From a virus (taxonomy: Duplodnaviria; Caudoviricetes), in IMG/VR virus record IMGVR_UViG_3300031994_004484: a stretch of 64,000 bases of DNA. One strand, 5' to 3'. Made by a program: the position numbers and the translations under genes. This document shows positions 31,885 to 41,790 of this stretch, piece after piece (within the stretch, counting starts at the first letter, position 1; each line of letters begins with the position of its first letter). Below the pieces are notes generated by a model. The model ran no database searches and had not been told where the DNA came from. It saw only the letters and a list, made by a program, of their open reading frames with translations.

Positions 31885-32706
31885 GTTGAGCAGCCTTTCA
31901 GTGTCATTTTTAACATCATCATAATCCTCTATTGAGAATTTTAGCATTCTGTAGTCGTTGTCCACTTCCTTAAATTCGTAGGTCATGTCTTCCATGTTCC
32001 ATACAACAATTCCGTGTCCACTTATGTTTTCTCCCGAATCCTTTTGGAAAACAGAACCTGAATATACAATCGGCACCCCGTTTTTCCGTATCTCCTGAAA
32101 ACGATGGATGTGGCCTGCCATTACGCAGTCGCATTCTTTGAAGTTGTCCGTGTCAATTCCGGCTTCAGAATATCTCCCCAAATCTATTACCGAACCAACA
32201 ATGTCACCGTGATACAATCCAACTATCCGATTGTCAGGATATGTCTCTTTCAATCCGTCAAGGTTCGGGTTTTTGAAGTCCTCGAACATGGAGAAAAGCG
32301 CAAAGATGACATTATCGTCAATTACATAACCGCTTTTGTAACCCAATTCCTTATCGATGTATTTTATTTTCGAATAGGCGTTCTTGATTGTGAAAGTCGG
32401 GCTTATAGAATCCAACCTGCTGCGGTTGTTCTGTAGCATGTCATGATTACCGGCCACAATATAGGTCACAGCTATCTGATTGAGATAGTTTAACAGGTAA
32501 TGAAACACGTCTTTGGCCTCGTTGGTTGTCCGTATCTTGTTTTGGAATATATCCCCGACCAAGACAATGCGAACCTCCTCTTTTTTATAAGGTTTGACTT
32601 CCTGTATTATTGTTTTTATCAGGTTTTTAATTTTTTCTTCCGTGTGTTCTTCGGCAGGCTTGTTCGGTATATGCAAATCAGCCAAATGTATAATTCTCTT
32701 TATCAT
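31879..32706 (-). CDS. Metallophosphoesterase, SbcD/Mre11/T4 gp47-like nuclease
   Basis: HLADLH, VGDIF, AGNHD, YHG, AGHIH, YSGS motifs. Start moved to ATG 32706, downstream of the promoter. Confidence 0.88.
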   Translation of the reverse strand: MIKRIIHLADLHIPNKPAEEHTEEKIKNLIKTIIQEVKPYKKEEVRIVLVGDIFQNKIRTTNEAKDVFHYLLNYLNQIAVTYIVAGNHDMLQNNRSRLDSISPTFTIKNAYSKIKYIDKELGYKSGYVIDDNVIFALFSMFEDFKNPNLDGLKETYPDNRIVGLYHGDIVGSVIDLGRYSEAGIDTDNFKECDCVMAGHIHRFQEIRKNGVPIVYSGSVFQKDSGENISGHGIVVWNMEDMTYEFKEVDNDYRMLKFSIEDYDDVKNDTERLLNL

Positions 32707-32720
32707 TTTTTTGTTTTTCT

Positions 32721-32733
32721 CAAATATACTACA
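32721..32733 (-). promoter_or_regulatory. TGTAGTATATTTG promoter (Bacteroidota -7 box TAnnTTTG with extension)
   Basis: Reverse complement CAAATATACTACA, 14 nt before the SbcD-like start; one of five identical copies. Confidence 0.7.
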
Positions 32734-32789
32734 ATTTTGGAAACAAAAGAAGAAAAAACTATATTTTCTTAAGAAAAAAAACATTACAA

Positions 32790-33611
32790 ATGCCAAAAAA
32801 GAAAGAAGTGAAAGAAACACAAATTGTAATGCCTAAGGTGGTTATGGGCCTTGATGTGAGCACGTCAACAATAGGCATAAGTATTGTGCTTGTTGATGAG
32901 AACGGCGATATAAAACCTGTTGAAGTGACGCATCTTCGCCTGAAGATACCGTCAAAGATAACAGGTGCAGCCTCACTGTTCATGAAGAACGAGATGTTTT
33001 TGGATAAACTAAGGGAATATAGCCAAAAATATGTCATAGATACGGTTGTCATAGAGGAGCCGCTTGTTTCTTCAAACAATGCAAATACGGTAAGCACACT
33101 CCTTAAATTTAACGGTATTGTTTCATGGTCTGTCTATCAGATTTTGGGTGTTGTTCCCGAATACATATCAAGTTATGACGCAAGGAAATACGGCATGCCT
33201 AAGCTGATGGCGATAAGGGCTTACAACAAGAAAGGTGATGAGCTCCCATACAAAAAAGTGAAAAGTGCAATAAAGAAGAATGAGTTGGTTCTTTTCGGCG
33301 AATATAGTTTTGATGCCGCGAAGAAATTCATAATATGGAATTATATTTCAGAACTTTTCCCCGATATAGAATGGGTTGAGGACAAGAAGGGTGAACTGAA
33401 AAAAGAGAATTTCGACGCAAGCGACAGCCTCATATGCATAATGGGTTATTTGAACAGGCTGAAGTACGGTGAAACGGAGCCCGAAATTGTCTATTCCGAG
33501 GAAAAAACATTCAAAACGCCCGACGGGGATTTCAAAGGTTTCGAATACACTGTTGGATTTTGCGGAAAAACATTCAGCAAAAAGATAATCTTTTTCGAAG
33601 AGGAAAAATAG
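32790..33611 (+). CDS. RuvC-like Holliday junction resolvase
   Basis: MGLDVSTSTIGISIV, VVIEEP and FDASDS acidic catalytic motifs. Confidence 0.8.
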   Translation: MPKKKEVKETQIVMPKVVMGLDVSTSTIGISIVLVDENGDIKPVEVTHLRLKIPSKITGAASLFMKNEMFLDKLREYSQKYVIDTVVIEEPLVSSNNANTVSTLLKFNGIVSWSVYQILGVVPEYISSYDARKYGMPKLMAIRAYNKKGDELPYKKVKSAIKKNELVLFGEYSFDAAKKFIIWNYISELFPDIEWVEDKKGELKKENFDASDSLICIMGYLNRLKYGETEPEIVYSEEKTFKTPDGDFKGFEYTVGFCGKTFSKKIIFFEEEK

Positions 33612-33636
33612 TTTTTGGCGAAAACCAATCTCCTTT

Positions 33637-33649
33637 TGTAGTATATTTG
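33637..33649 (+). promoter_or_regulatory. TGTAGTATATTTG promoter
   Basis: Exact copy ending 4 nt before the primase ATG. Confidence 0.7.
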
Positions 33650-33653
33650 AAAC

Positions 33654-34709
33654 ATGGATATACAAGAGGAGATTAAAAGTTTATGCGAACAGATACTTGG
33701 CGAACCGAGAAGGGATTTTCCCGGTAGCGGAGGGTGGTTTGAATACAACTGCCCTTCTTGCGCTGACGAGAATTTCGGTACGCCTGATGAAAAGTACAAT
33801 TTGGCCGTAAACTACGAGATAGGTTCCGAAAACGGAATGTTCATGCATTGTTGGAAATGCGGTTTTGCGGGCCCATTGTCAAGACTTTTCAAGGTATATG
33901 GTACTGCCGATCAATATTCCAAATACAAGAAATTAATAGCGGATTTCAAGGAATCGCACCTATATGAGATACAAAGCGGCTCCATAACTGTTAACGAAGA
34001 TTTTTATGAGAAGAAGGAGGTTAAGTTGCCGAACGGGATTTCAGATGTTTTCGACGGCAGCGAAAGCGCTAACATGGCCTTGGACTACCTCCATAAAAGA
34101 GGTGTTGACGATTACCTTATAAGAAAACACAATATAATGTATGTTGGGAACATCTTCGGTAATCCGTACAGAAATATGGTTGTGATTCCGTCATACGATA
34201 CCTTTGGGGAGCTTAATTATTTTTCCGGTAGGGATTTCACAGGAAAGACGGAATACAACAAGAAAAACTACGACACACCCAAGACCGAGATAGTATTCAA
34301 CGAATATCTTATAAATTGGTATGAACCAGTAACATTGGTCGAAGGCCCGTTTGACCATATTGTCACACCGAATTCAATACCGCTTTTGGGAAAACACATA
34401 AGTCCGGAATATCTCGCATACAGAACCATAACCGAAAAAGCGAAGCACACGGTTAACATAATGTTGGATTCTGACGCAATAGAAAACGCATATTCAAACT
34501 ATATCACATTGAATAACAGTTCGTTGATGGGTAGAGTAAGATTGGTCAGATGCCCTGACGGTTATGATCCTTCAGACGTGTATAGGGTATATGGAAAAAA
34601 AGGTATGCTTAATCTACTGTCAACAGCTTCAAAGATGAGCGACTATTCTATAGCAGTTCTTTCTTCAAAAACAAAAACAAAGAAATATGGCAAAAGAGCG
34701 TACAATTAA
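33654..34709 (+). CDS. DNA primase (DnaG-type: Zn finger plus TOPRIM)
   Basis: CPSC...HCWKCG; YLHKRG; VEGPFD; LDSDA; DPSD. Confidence 0.9.
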   Translation: MDIQEEIKSLCEQILGEPRRDFPGSGGWFEYNCPSCADENFGTPDEKYNLAVNYEIGSENGMFMHCWKCGFAGPLSRLFKVYGTADQYSKYKKLIADFKESHLYEIQSGSITVNEDFYEKKEVKLPNGISDVFDGSESANMALDYLHKRGVDDYLIRKHNIMYVGNIFGNPYRNMVVIPSYDTFGELNYFSGRDFTGKTEYNKKNYDTPKTEIVFNEYLINWYEPVTLVEGPFDHIVTPNSIPLLGKHISPEYLAYRTITEKAKHTVNIMLDSDAIENAYSNYITLNNSSLMGRVRLVRCPDGYDPSDVYRVYGKKGMLNLLSTASKMSDYSIAVLSSKTKTKKYGKRAYN

Positions 34710-35061
34710 TATACCGCAACAATTATACCGTGATGTGGACGAGTTTTGCTCGTTATCGAAGAAGAAACCCGAAGAATACATCATTTTATGCATAAGGAAA
34801 CAGCTTGCGGTTGACAAGTATGGGGATTTGAATGAGAAAGTAAATAAAGAACCCCCAAAAACAGAAATAAAAAAAACAGAATCAATTGAAACACCAAAAC
34901 CGGTTGTATTGGAAAAGAAAGTTGAAGAACGAAAGAAAGATGTTCCCGAAAAAACAGAAGAAGTGACGCTTGAACAGAAAAAGGTTGAAATAACCGAGCC
35001 TAATATTTCAGAAACGGAGGAAACTCCTATAAAAAGACACAGGACAATTAAAACGAAATGA
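34687..35061 (+). CDS. Hypothetical protein with a possible ribbon-helix-helix N-terminus and K/E-rich tail
   Basis: RTINIPQQLYRDVDEFC...EEYIILCIRKQL pattern. Confidence 0.5.
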   Translation: MAKERTINIPQQLYRDVDEFCSLSKKKPEEYIILCIRKQLAVDKYGDLNEKVNKEPPKTEIKKTESIETPKPVVLEKKVEERKKDVPEKTEEVTLEQKKVEITEPNISETEETPIKRHRTIKTK

Positions 35062-35070
35062 TAAAACAAT

Positions 35071-37494
35071 ATGGTAGAGAATGTTAAATCAACAGACAAG
35101 CTCGTATTTGAGCTAACAATGCCCCAGATAGACAGGAACGAGGAAAAGATTAACGCATTGCGTTCCGAAATATCGGAGAAATACGGTGTGCCGTTGAAAA
35201 ACATAACGATAAATTTCAAGCCGTTAATGTTTGACAAAGGCGGAAAACGTGTTTCTTTGGCTTCAGACATAATAGACAACATACAAGACACACAATTCTT
35301 TTTGGCTTTATGTAACGACTACATGGAAGCCAAAGGCATAAAGGATGTTGACTTTGAGGAAATCAAGAAGATAAATGAACAGGTCGAGCAATACGTCGAT
35401 TTTTCCCAATACTCGAAAAGAAAACGTTATAAGTTCAAATATGTCAAGTGGTCCAATTATCTTTCATACGGACCTGATAATTATTTTGATTTCACGAAAC
35501 TGCACGGTTTGGTGTTGTTGAACAGCCATCCCGGAAACCAAGGCGGCAAGACAACTTTTGCCATAAGTCTTTTGAGATTCGCATTGTTTGGTAAATCACC
35601 GAAAACCCCGAGTTTGAACGATGTTTTCAACATTTATCTTCCCGAGACGACTGAAGTTGTTGTTGAGGCATGTCTTGAGATAGATGGTTCTGACTATGTT
35701 ATAAAGAGAACGGTGACAAGACCGGCTCTGAAAAAGAGGACGGAGAAGAGCAAGCCTAAACAGAGTGTTGAATACTACAAGGTTGTAGGCGATGGGGAAT
35801 ATGAAACCATTGAGAATTTCGAAGGTGAGAACACACAACAGACAAACAACATAATAAGGGAAACTATAGGAAATCCTGATGATTTCGACCTTGTTATATC
35901 AGCGACAAAGAAGACTGTTGACGAATTATTTGAAAAGGGAAAGACTGAACAGGGAAGGCTTTTCTCAAGATGGCTCGGTCTTGTCAGTATCGAACAGAAG
36001 GAGGAGATTGCCAAAGATTTATGGAAGAAAAACATAAACCCTTCATTGCAATCTAACAAATACAACCGAGCAACACTTGAGCTTGAAATAGCGGACTATG
36101 AGACATGCAACAATGAGAACGAAGAGGCGATAAACGAAGGAAACGAAAAGCTGAATTCAATAAACGAGGAGATACTTGGTCTAAACGATAAGAAAATCAA
36201 AACACTAAAGAACAGAAAGGAAATAAAAGATGAACTTTGCAGGTTGGATGTCGCCACTATCGAGAACTCCATTGGGTCGAAAAACAACGACCTTTCAATA
36301 AAACGCTCACAATTCAAGGCTAAAAAGGAGGAATACGCAAAGGTTAAAGACGCTGTGTTTGACGAGTCGCTTTATAAAGAGAAGCTTGCTTTGATTGAAA
36401 GCAAGACGGCGGAAAAACACGACCTTGAAGTCAAAAACGCAGAATTACGTACTAAAATCGGCACTATAAGGGAGGAGATAAATCGTATAAAATCACTTAT
36501 AGAAAAAGGGGTTTGTCCTAACTGCAATCAAAAGATTGACGTTTCACAACAGAACGGTACCATAGAAAGCCTTGAACTTGAAATAAACAGACTTACAACA
36601 AACGGAGTTTCAAACAAGAAGAAGATAGAAGCCTATGTTTCTGAGATAACCGGGATAAAGGATGAACTTGCATTATTGGAAGGTGAACGCGAAAAAGTTA
36701 ATGAGCTTAACAGACTAAAGCCTACGCTCACCGCCATAAAAGCCAACATAGATACAATTAAGCTTGAAATAGAAAAGCTTGAAACACAGAAAAGAGAAAT
36801 AGAGACGAACAGGGACAATATCGCCTACAACAATGAAATAGACAACAAAGTCCGTATTTTGGATGTCTCGATATCTGAAAAGACAAAACAGAAAGACCAA
36901 CAGATAAGGGATATAGAAACATGCAAGAACAATATTGTGTACAACAACAAGGCCGTGAATGAACGCAAGGCCATGATAGAAACCCTGAAATCAGAGGAAA
37001 AGATCATACGCAATTGGGCTTTGTATCAGGAACTTGTTGGAAAGAACGGTGTCAGCAAGATAGTCTTGAGAAGGGCGCTTCCGATTATAAACAACGAGGT
37101 CAAGAGAATCCTTGACGGAATATGTGATTTTGACATAGTTCTTGAGATAAACGACAAAAACGAGGTTGAGATAAACATGGTTGCGGACAATGTGAAGAAA
37201 GCCATTGAAGTAGGTGGTTCTGGGTTTGAAACCACGTTTGCTGCGATGGCTGTGAGAAGCGCGTTGGCCACAATATCATCAATGTCAAGCAGCAACATGC
37301 TTGTTCTTGACGAGTGTACGTCAACAATAAATCCCGAAAACTACGATGTTCTCAAGGAATTGTATTTGCGCATATTGCAAAACTATGATTTCATTTTGGA
37401 CATATCGCACATAAGCGAACTTGATGAAATGCATGATTCGGTTGTGACGATTGTCAAGGAAGGTCATATTTCAAAAGTCGAATTTGGAAAATAG
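35071..37494 (+). CDS. SbcC/Rad50/T4 gp46-like ATPase with an N-terminal extension
   Basis: NYLSYG, Walker A GNQGGKTT, coiled coils around the CPNC zinc hook, SGFE signature, LVLDE Walker B, ISH. Confidence 0.9.
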   Translation: MVENVKSTDKLVFELTMPQIDRNEEKINALRSEISEKYGVPLKNITINFKPLMFDKGGKRVSLASDIIDNIQDTQFFLALCNDYMEAKGIKDVDFEEIKKINEQVEQYVDFSQYSKRKRYKFKYVKWSNYLSYGPDNYFDFTKLHGLVLLNSHPGNQGGKTTFAISLLRFALFGKSPKTPSLNDVFNIYLPETTEVVVEACLEIDGSDYVIKRTVTRPALKKRTEKSKPKQSVEYYKVVGDGEYETIENFEGENTQQTNNIIRETIGNPDDFDLVISATKKTVDELFEKGKTEQGRLFSRWLGLVSIEQKEEIAKDLWKKNINPSLQSNKYNRATLELEIADYETCNNENEEAINEGNEKLNSINEEILGLNDKKIKTLKNRKEIKDELCRLDVATIENSIGSKNNDLSIKRSQFKAKKEEYAKVKDAVFDESLYKEKLALIESKTAEKHDLEVKNAELRTKIGTIREEINRIKSLIEKGVCPNCNQKIDVSQQNGTIESLELEINRLTTNGVSNKKKIEAYVSEITGIKDELALLEGEREKVNELNRLKPTLTAIKANIDTIKLEIEKLETQKREIETNRDNIAYNNEIDNKVRILDVSISEKTKQKDQQIRDIETCKNNIVYNNKAVNERKAMIETLKSEEKIIRNWALYQELVGKNGVSKIVLRRALPIINNEVKRILDGICDFDIVLEINDKNEVEINMVADNVKKAIEVGGSGFETTFAAMAVRSALATISSMSSSNMLVLDECTSTINPENYDVLKELYLRILQNYDFILDISHISELDEMHDSVVTIVKEGHISKVEFGK

Positions 37495-37550
37495 AAAAAA
37501 AATGAAAAAAGAGATATTTAGGAAAATAATAGTTATGTTTTCATTAAAAA

Positions 37551-38255
37551 GTGTACAACAACGAACTGAATTTTTCAGACAACCTTGAACCTTATTTCAA
37601 AAGTATCAACAAATCGAAAGGTCTTCCTCGTGAGAAGGAGGCTGAATTAGGAAAAAGAATAAAAAATGGGGACGAATCCGCAGTCATGGAACTTGTCGAG
37701 GCCAACCTACAGTTTGTGGTAAGAACAGCCAAGCAGTATATCGGATGTGGGGTTCCGTTGGAGGATTTGATTTCAGAAGGCAATCTCGGCCTTGTCAGAG
37801 CCGCAGAGAAATTCGATTTTTCCAAAGGAAAAAAGTTCATAACATATGCCGTATGGTGGATAAGGTCGTTTATACAGGACGCTATAAAGTTTTACAGGGG
37901 AAACCCTAACGAGGGGTCTATTGAAGATTATGTCAGGATTGGAGAGAACGGCGAAAGGGATTATGATGAAAGTGCCGAGATAGTCAACAACGAATATGAG
38001 GAGAAATTGGCTGATTTGCAAAGCCGCAACGTTGTAATAGATGACCTTATGGCTTGTTTGCAGGAACGTGAAAGCAAAATACTCTCACTATATTTCGGTT
38101 TACACGGAGAGCCACAAATGAACCTGAAAGAAATAAGCAAGGAAATGGGTTTATCGTCAGAACGTGTTAGACAGATTGTGAACGACTCTTTATTAAGAAT
38201 GAAAGCCACGGCATTGACAAGCAAACATTTCGAAGAATATAAGAATGTTAACTAA
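37551..38255 (+). CDS. Phage-encoded sigma-70 family factor (regions 1.2, 2 and 4)
   Basis: LVEANLQFVV, DLISEGNLGLVRAAEKFD...FITYAVWWIR, LKEISKEMGLSSERVRQI. Confidence 0.92.
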   Translation: MYNNELNFSDNLEPYFKSINKSKGLPREKEAELGKRIKNGDESAVMELVEANLQFVVRTAKQYIGCGVPLEDLISEGNLGLVRAAEKFDFSKGKKFITYAVWWIRSFIQDAIKFYRGNPNEGSIEDYVRIGENGERDYDESAEIVNNEYEEKLADLQSRNVVIDDLMACLQERESKILSLYFGLHGEPQMNLKEISKEMGLSSERVRQIVNDSLLRMKATALTSKHFEEYKNVN

Positions 38256-38310
38256 CAGACTATTTATCTTTTATAGAGGAAAAGAAAAATAAAGAAAAAA
38301 ATTATATAAA

Positions 38311-38640
38311 ATGGCAAAAACAGAAAAAAAGAATACATCAAAAAAATCAACTCCGAAGAAAACAACAAAGAAATCTATAGTTACAGATGAAACTCTTAAT
38401 GTGGTGGAAGTCGTTGTTGAAGAGAAGGTTGATGAACCTGTAGTGGAGGCTGTGGCTGAAACGATTGAAGAGCCCGTGGCAGAACCCGAAACCGAAGAAG
38501 TTGTTGCTGTTGAGGAGAAAAAGGGAGAAAAAGCTATTGAGCCCGAAACCAAAAAGGAAGAGAAAAAAACTGTCAAGAAGCAGCTCACAACCACTGACGT
38601 ATATGGATACAACCATATGGGCATAATTTACGAGTGGTAA
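38311..38640 (+). CDS. Hypothetical K/E/V-rich low-complexity protein
   Basis: A-rich start region, upstream CTATTTAT, aromatic C-terminal tail. Confidence 0.6.
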   Translation: MAKTEKKNTSKKSTPKKTTKKSIVTDETLNVVEVVVEEKVDEPVVEAVAETIEEPVAEPETEEVVAVEEKKGEKAIEPETKKEEKKTVKKQLTTTDVYGYNHMGIIYEW

Positions 38641-38661
38641 AATAACACGAAATACAGAACA

Positions 38662-39195
38662 ATGGTTATGGAGAAAGATTTCCTGAGAGACGGCATAAAT
38701 AAAATGCGTAAGATGATATGTGAGCACGAGGAGTTCAACAACAAAACGCAACTAAACGAGGATTACGAAACCCAAGATACAGGCGAGAATAGCCTGACAG
38801 ATGCTGTTCCATATACAACAAACGATGAGATGTTCAACTCAATAATTGAAGTTTGTAAAGAAAGGTTTGGGGCTAATTTCACCAAAATAAAACACCCAAT
38901 GCTTTATTTTCCTGAAAATGGTGTGGTAGAGCTTACCGGCATATCAGATTCGTTGGAAGGAAATAAATTCAGGTACACATATGGAGGTACTGATGCCGGT
39001 TGTTATGTATGGGGTGACCCTCTTAAAATTACGGATGACAGTCTTAAGGTTTTGTATAATATTAACGGAGTGTATAAAAATTGGGTTGATAAGGATTTGG
39101 GTAACAAAGGCGGCGACATAAAACCAATGTCCTTAAGAGACGAAGGTGTTTTGGGTGGAGACAACGGTTTGGTTCCCGGTGACGATTTGGATTAA
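38662..39195 (+). CDS. Hypothetical (probable virion) protein
   Basis: Clean ORF; INKMRKMI...LNE motif. Confidence 0.55.
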   Translation: MVMEKDFLRDGINKMRKMICEHEEFNNKTQLNEDYETQDTGENSLTDAVPYTTNDEMFNSIIEVCKERFGANFTKIKHPMLYFPENGVVELTGISDSLEGNKFRYTYGGTDAGCYVWGDPLKITDDSLKVLYNINGVYKNWVDKDLGNKGGDIKPMSLRDEGVLGGDNGLVPGDDLD

Positions 39196-39222
39196 AGCCC
39201 AAATACACAATAACTTATATTC

Positions 39223-39258
39223 GCGGTTGGCAAAATACTACCAACCGCTTCTTTTTTT
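39223..39258 (+). terminator. Intrinsic terminator
   Basis: GCGGTTGG-N10-CCAACCGC followed by TTCTTTTTTT. Confidence 0.75.
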
Positions 39259-39263
39259 GTAAG

Positions 39264-39271
39264 ATATTTAT
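39264..39271 (+). promoter_or_regulatory. ATATTTAT motif (putative late promoter)
   Basis: Immediately after a terminator, 7 nt before ATG 39279. Confidence 0.55.
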
Positions 39272-39278
39272 AAGAAAA

Positions 39279-39500
39279 ATGAAGAAAATGATTGATAAGA
39301 ACGAAGTAAGGAAGCTGCTGCGTGAGGAATTGAACAAGGGTGAAGTACGTTCCATGATAAGGAGTGAGATGGAGGATTATCTCAAAAACGCGGCGTTCAA
39401 AAAGGCAGTTAAAAACATAACAGCCGATGTATTGGAGGAATTCCTTGACTCTATGTGGAGAAGGAAGTCGTTTTGGAAAGGGACTATAAAAAGAAATTAG
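39279..39500 (+). CDS. Small hypothetical (probable virion) protein
   Basis: EVRKLLREEL / EVRSMIRSEM helical repeat. Confidence 0.55.
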   Translation: MKKMIDKNEVRKLLREELNKGEVRSMIRSEMEDYLKNAAFKKAVKNITADVLEEFLDSMWRRKSFWKGTIKRN

Positions 39501-39504
39501 GATT

Positions 39505-40272
39505 ATGGCAAGGACAATTATAATAAGTGAAAGTGTGGCCAAAACTATAGAGGAGAAGGCGGCTGTTAAACCGGACACATTCTATGAAAATGTCCTGTAT
39601 TTCCTGCACCAACTATTAGACGATCCGATTAATGCGAAAATCCCGACATGCGTTAAGATGTTAGGGATTTCAAAACCACGGTTCATACGTATGTTAGAAA
39701 AACGGGGAATCCTTGAAAAAAGCACAAAGATAAACGACAGGGACAATGACGGTAACCCAAAGACAGCTACAATGTCCGTGAAATATAAAGTCTTGGATAA
39801 AGTTCCTGACGAATTGGAATATAAGGTACCGAAAACCGACTTTTATCGAAAAGTAGAAAAACTATATTACTCGATTTTCCAAAAGAATGTTCCGGAAAAG
39901 AAAAAAGAAGCTCAAGAAGCTGAACATGAAATAGAAGAGTCAACTGCTTGTGCGGGGGATGGCGCTGGACAGTATAGCATGCCTCTTTTCAAAACAATTG
40001 TTAGTAGAAAAATGGAGGAAAATATAAACATAAGTTCGCAATACAGGGATTTGGGTGGTGGTTTTGATGTCACAATGGAGGATGGAAGAAACGAGAAAAG
40101 TCTTGTGACAATACAGAACAAGAAAACCGGAGTGCTTTATCACATATGTTTTGACGGGGCTAACTTCGACATTTGCAGGGATTTGCAGGACGGAGAACCG
40201 TGTTCCCATGTGAGTTATGTGTTTGATAATCTCCTGAAGGCTTTTGATAATAATGGATTCGTAAATATTTAA
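39505..40272 (+). CDS. Hypothetical (probable virion) protein
   Basis: MARTIIISES start; IEE/MEE motifs. Confidence 0.55.
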   Translation: MARTIIISESVAKTIEEKAAVKPDTFYENVLYFLHQLLDDPINAKIPTCVKMLGISKPRFIRMLEKRGILEKSTKINDRDNDGNPKTATMSVKYKVLDKVPDELEYKVPKTDFYRKVEKLYYSIFQKNVPEKKKEAQEAEHEIEESTACAGDGAGQYSMPLFKTIVSRKMEENINISSQYRDLGGGFDVTMEDGRNEKSLVTIQNKKTGVLYHICFDGANFDICRDLQDGEPCSHVSYVFDNLLKAFDNNGFVNI

Positions 40273-40273
40273 T

Positions 40274-40462
40274 ATGAGGGATATTTATAATAGGCTGACA
40301 GACAGTTCTTATGTTTTGGATGAGATGAGTGAAATACAGGACGAAATTGAAAAGGAACAGTCAAAAAGCGACGAAGAGTACGACAGGGAAAAGGTATTTA
40401 AGTTATTGTACAGACAATTCTTGACAGGATTGAAGATAAACACAGGAATAAAGATATTTTAG
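40274..40462 (+). CDS. Small hypothetical protein
   Basis: Fills the gap with tight spacing on both sides. Confidence 0.55.
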   Translation: MRDIYNRLTDSSYVLDEMSEIQDEIEKEQSKSDEEYDREKVFKLLYRQFLTGLKINTGIKIF

Positions 40463-40478
40463 AAAAAAAAATACAACA

Positions 40479-41741
40479 ATGTTGAAAGAAGGCAAATATA
40501 CACTCAGCGAATTGAGAGCCGCCATTCAGGAAAGCGAACAGAAAAACGAGTTCAAGCCGAAACTCGGTAAAGGTGTCGAGAGTGGCGACAAGAAGAACAA
40601 CAAAAAGGCTGTGAAAGACATCGCCGACGAAACGGGTAAATATAACCCGGAAAAAATGGAGCATGAAACTATACTTCCTGACAACAGGGGCAAAACTCCT
40701 ATGGATGTTAATTTCGAAACACCACCTTCAGAGCCTTGGTACGAACGTGTGAAATCACAGGCCAAAGGTTATCCGTCTTCAGATAATGAAAAAACTACAG
40801 ATGCGGGAAAGAACGGTGGTCTTGAATTCGACGGAAACAAGAGGTTCTATGATTCCCGTGTTGATATAAACAAAAGAATTGGTGATGCTGAAGAAGCTGA
40901 AGCGAAATCAGGCTTAAGTTGGAGAACAAAAGAAAAAAGCAAGTATATAAAACCTAAAATGGCAAAATACATTAAAGAGCAAACCGATTTTGATTTCGAG
41001 GATGACAATATGACAACTTCCGATATTGTTGCGAAGGATTTCATAACATGGGCTACAAGCGACGCCGATAAAGCGCCATATCCCATAAACGCCATGCAGT
41101 TGGTTTATGATGCATATGTCAACAACGATGATGATGCTCTTGAAGAGGTTGCCACGGCGTATTTTGAATCAAAATATACTGATATGGCCCAATGGGACAC
41201 TGTTTTTGACGGGGTTTCAAAAGCTGTGAATGCCTTTGGCTATTACAACCTTTCAAATGAAGTACCGGAAGACACTTGGGATGAAGAGATGCCAAATGAA
41301 ATTGGTTTTGAAGGTAAAATAGAAGGTACTGAAGAAGAGGATGACGAACCCGAACCTCTTGACGAATGTGATGGTAAAAATGAAATCTGTGAGAACAGAA
41401 AAATGAAACGCCTTCATTTCAAGAACACTGTTTTCCTCAATGAGAGTCAGATTCTTAAAAAGGTGCCAGAAGAATTCAAGACGGACGGAAACAGGTTCTT
41501 TGTAAAAGACGCAAGCGGTACAGAATATATTATAGAGTGTTCTGTTGACAAACAGTTTGATTTTCCGAGACTGAAAGTTGTGAATAAGCTCAATGAAGCG
41601 AAAGTGAATTATGAGTTCAAGAGGATGAAAGAACTGTTTGGTTATGAGAGTTCAAATTATTTTACAAAGACTGACAAAGCGTCCGAGAGTGTTGGAAAGC
41701 TCCACGAGGACTTGGAGAAGATGCGAAAACTGAAAGATTAA
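40479..41741 (+). CDS. Hypothetical (probable internal head) protein
   Basis: Charged; many (I/L)-x-E motifs; ends LEKMRKL. Confidence 0.55.
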   Translation: MLKEGKYTLSELRAAIQESEQKNEFKPKLGKGVESGDKKNNKKAVKDIADETGKYNPEKMEHETILPDNRGKTPMDVNFETPPSEPWYERVKSQAKGYPSSDNEKTTDAGKNGGLEFDGNKRFYDSRVDINKRIGDAEEAEAKSGLSWRTKEKSKYIKPKMAKYIKEQTDFDFEDDNMTTSDIVAKDFITWATSDADKAPYPINAMQLVYDAYVNNDDDALEEVATAYFESKYTDMAQWDTVFDGVSKAVNAFGYYNLSNEVPEDTWDEEMPNEIGFEGKIEGTEEEDDEPEPLDECDGKNEICENRKMKRLHFKNTVFLNESQILKKVPEEFKTDGNRFFVKDASGTEYIIECSVDKQFDFPRLKVVNKLNEAKVNYEFKRMKELFGYESSNYFTKTDKASESVGKLHEDLEKMRKLKD

Positions 41742-41790
41742 TTTTTTAGATAAAAAAACAAAATAAAGACATTTTCCATAAAAGCCCGAA

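Noticed and set aside
1-37494. Inteins in NrdD, primase or the SbcC-like ATPase
   Set aside because: No splice-junction or LAGLIDADG motifs and no unexplained internal length in the visible portions.
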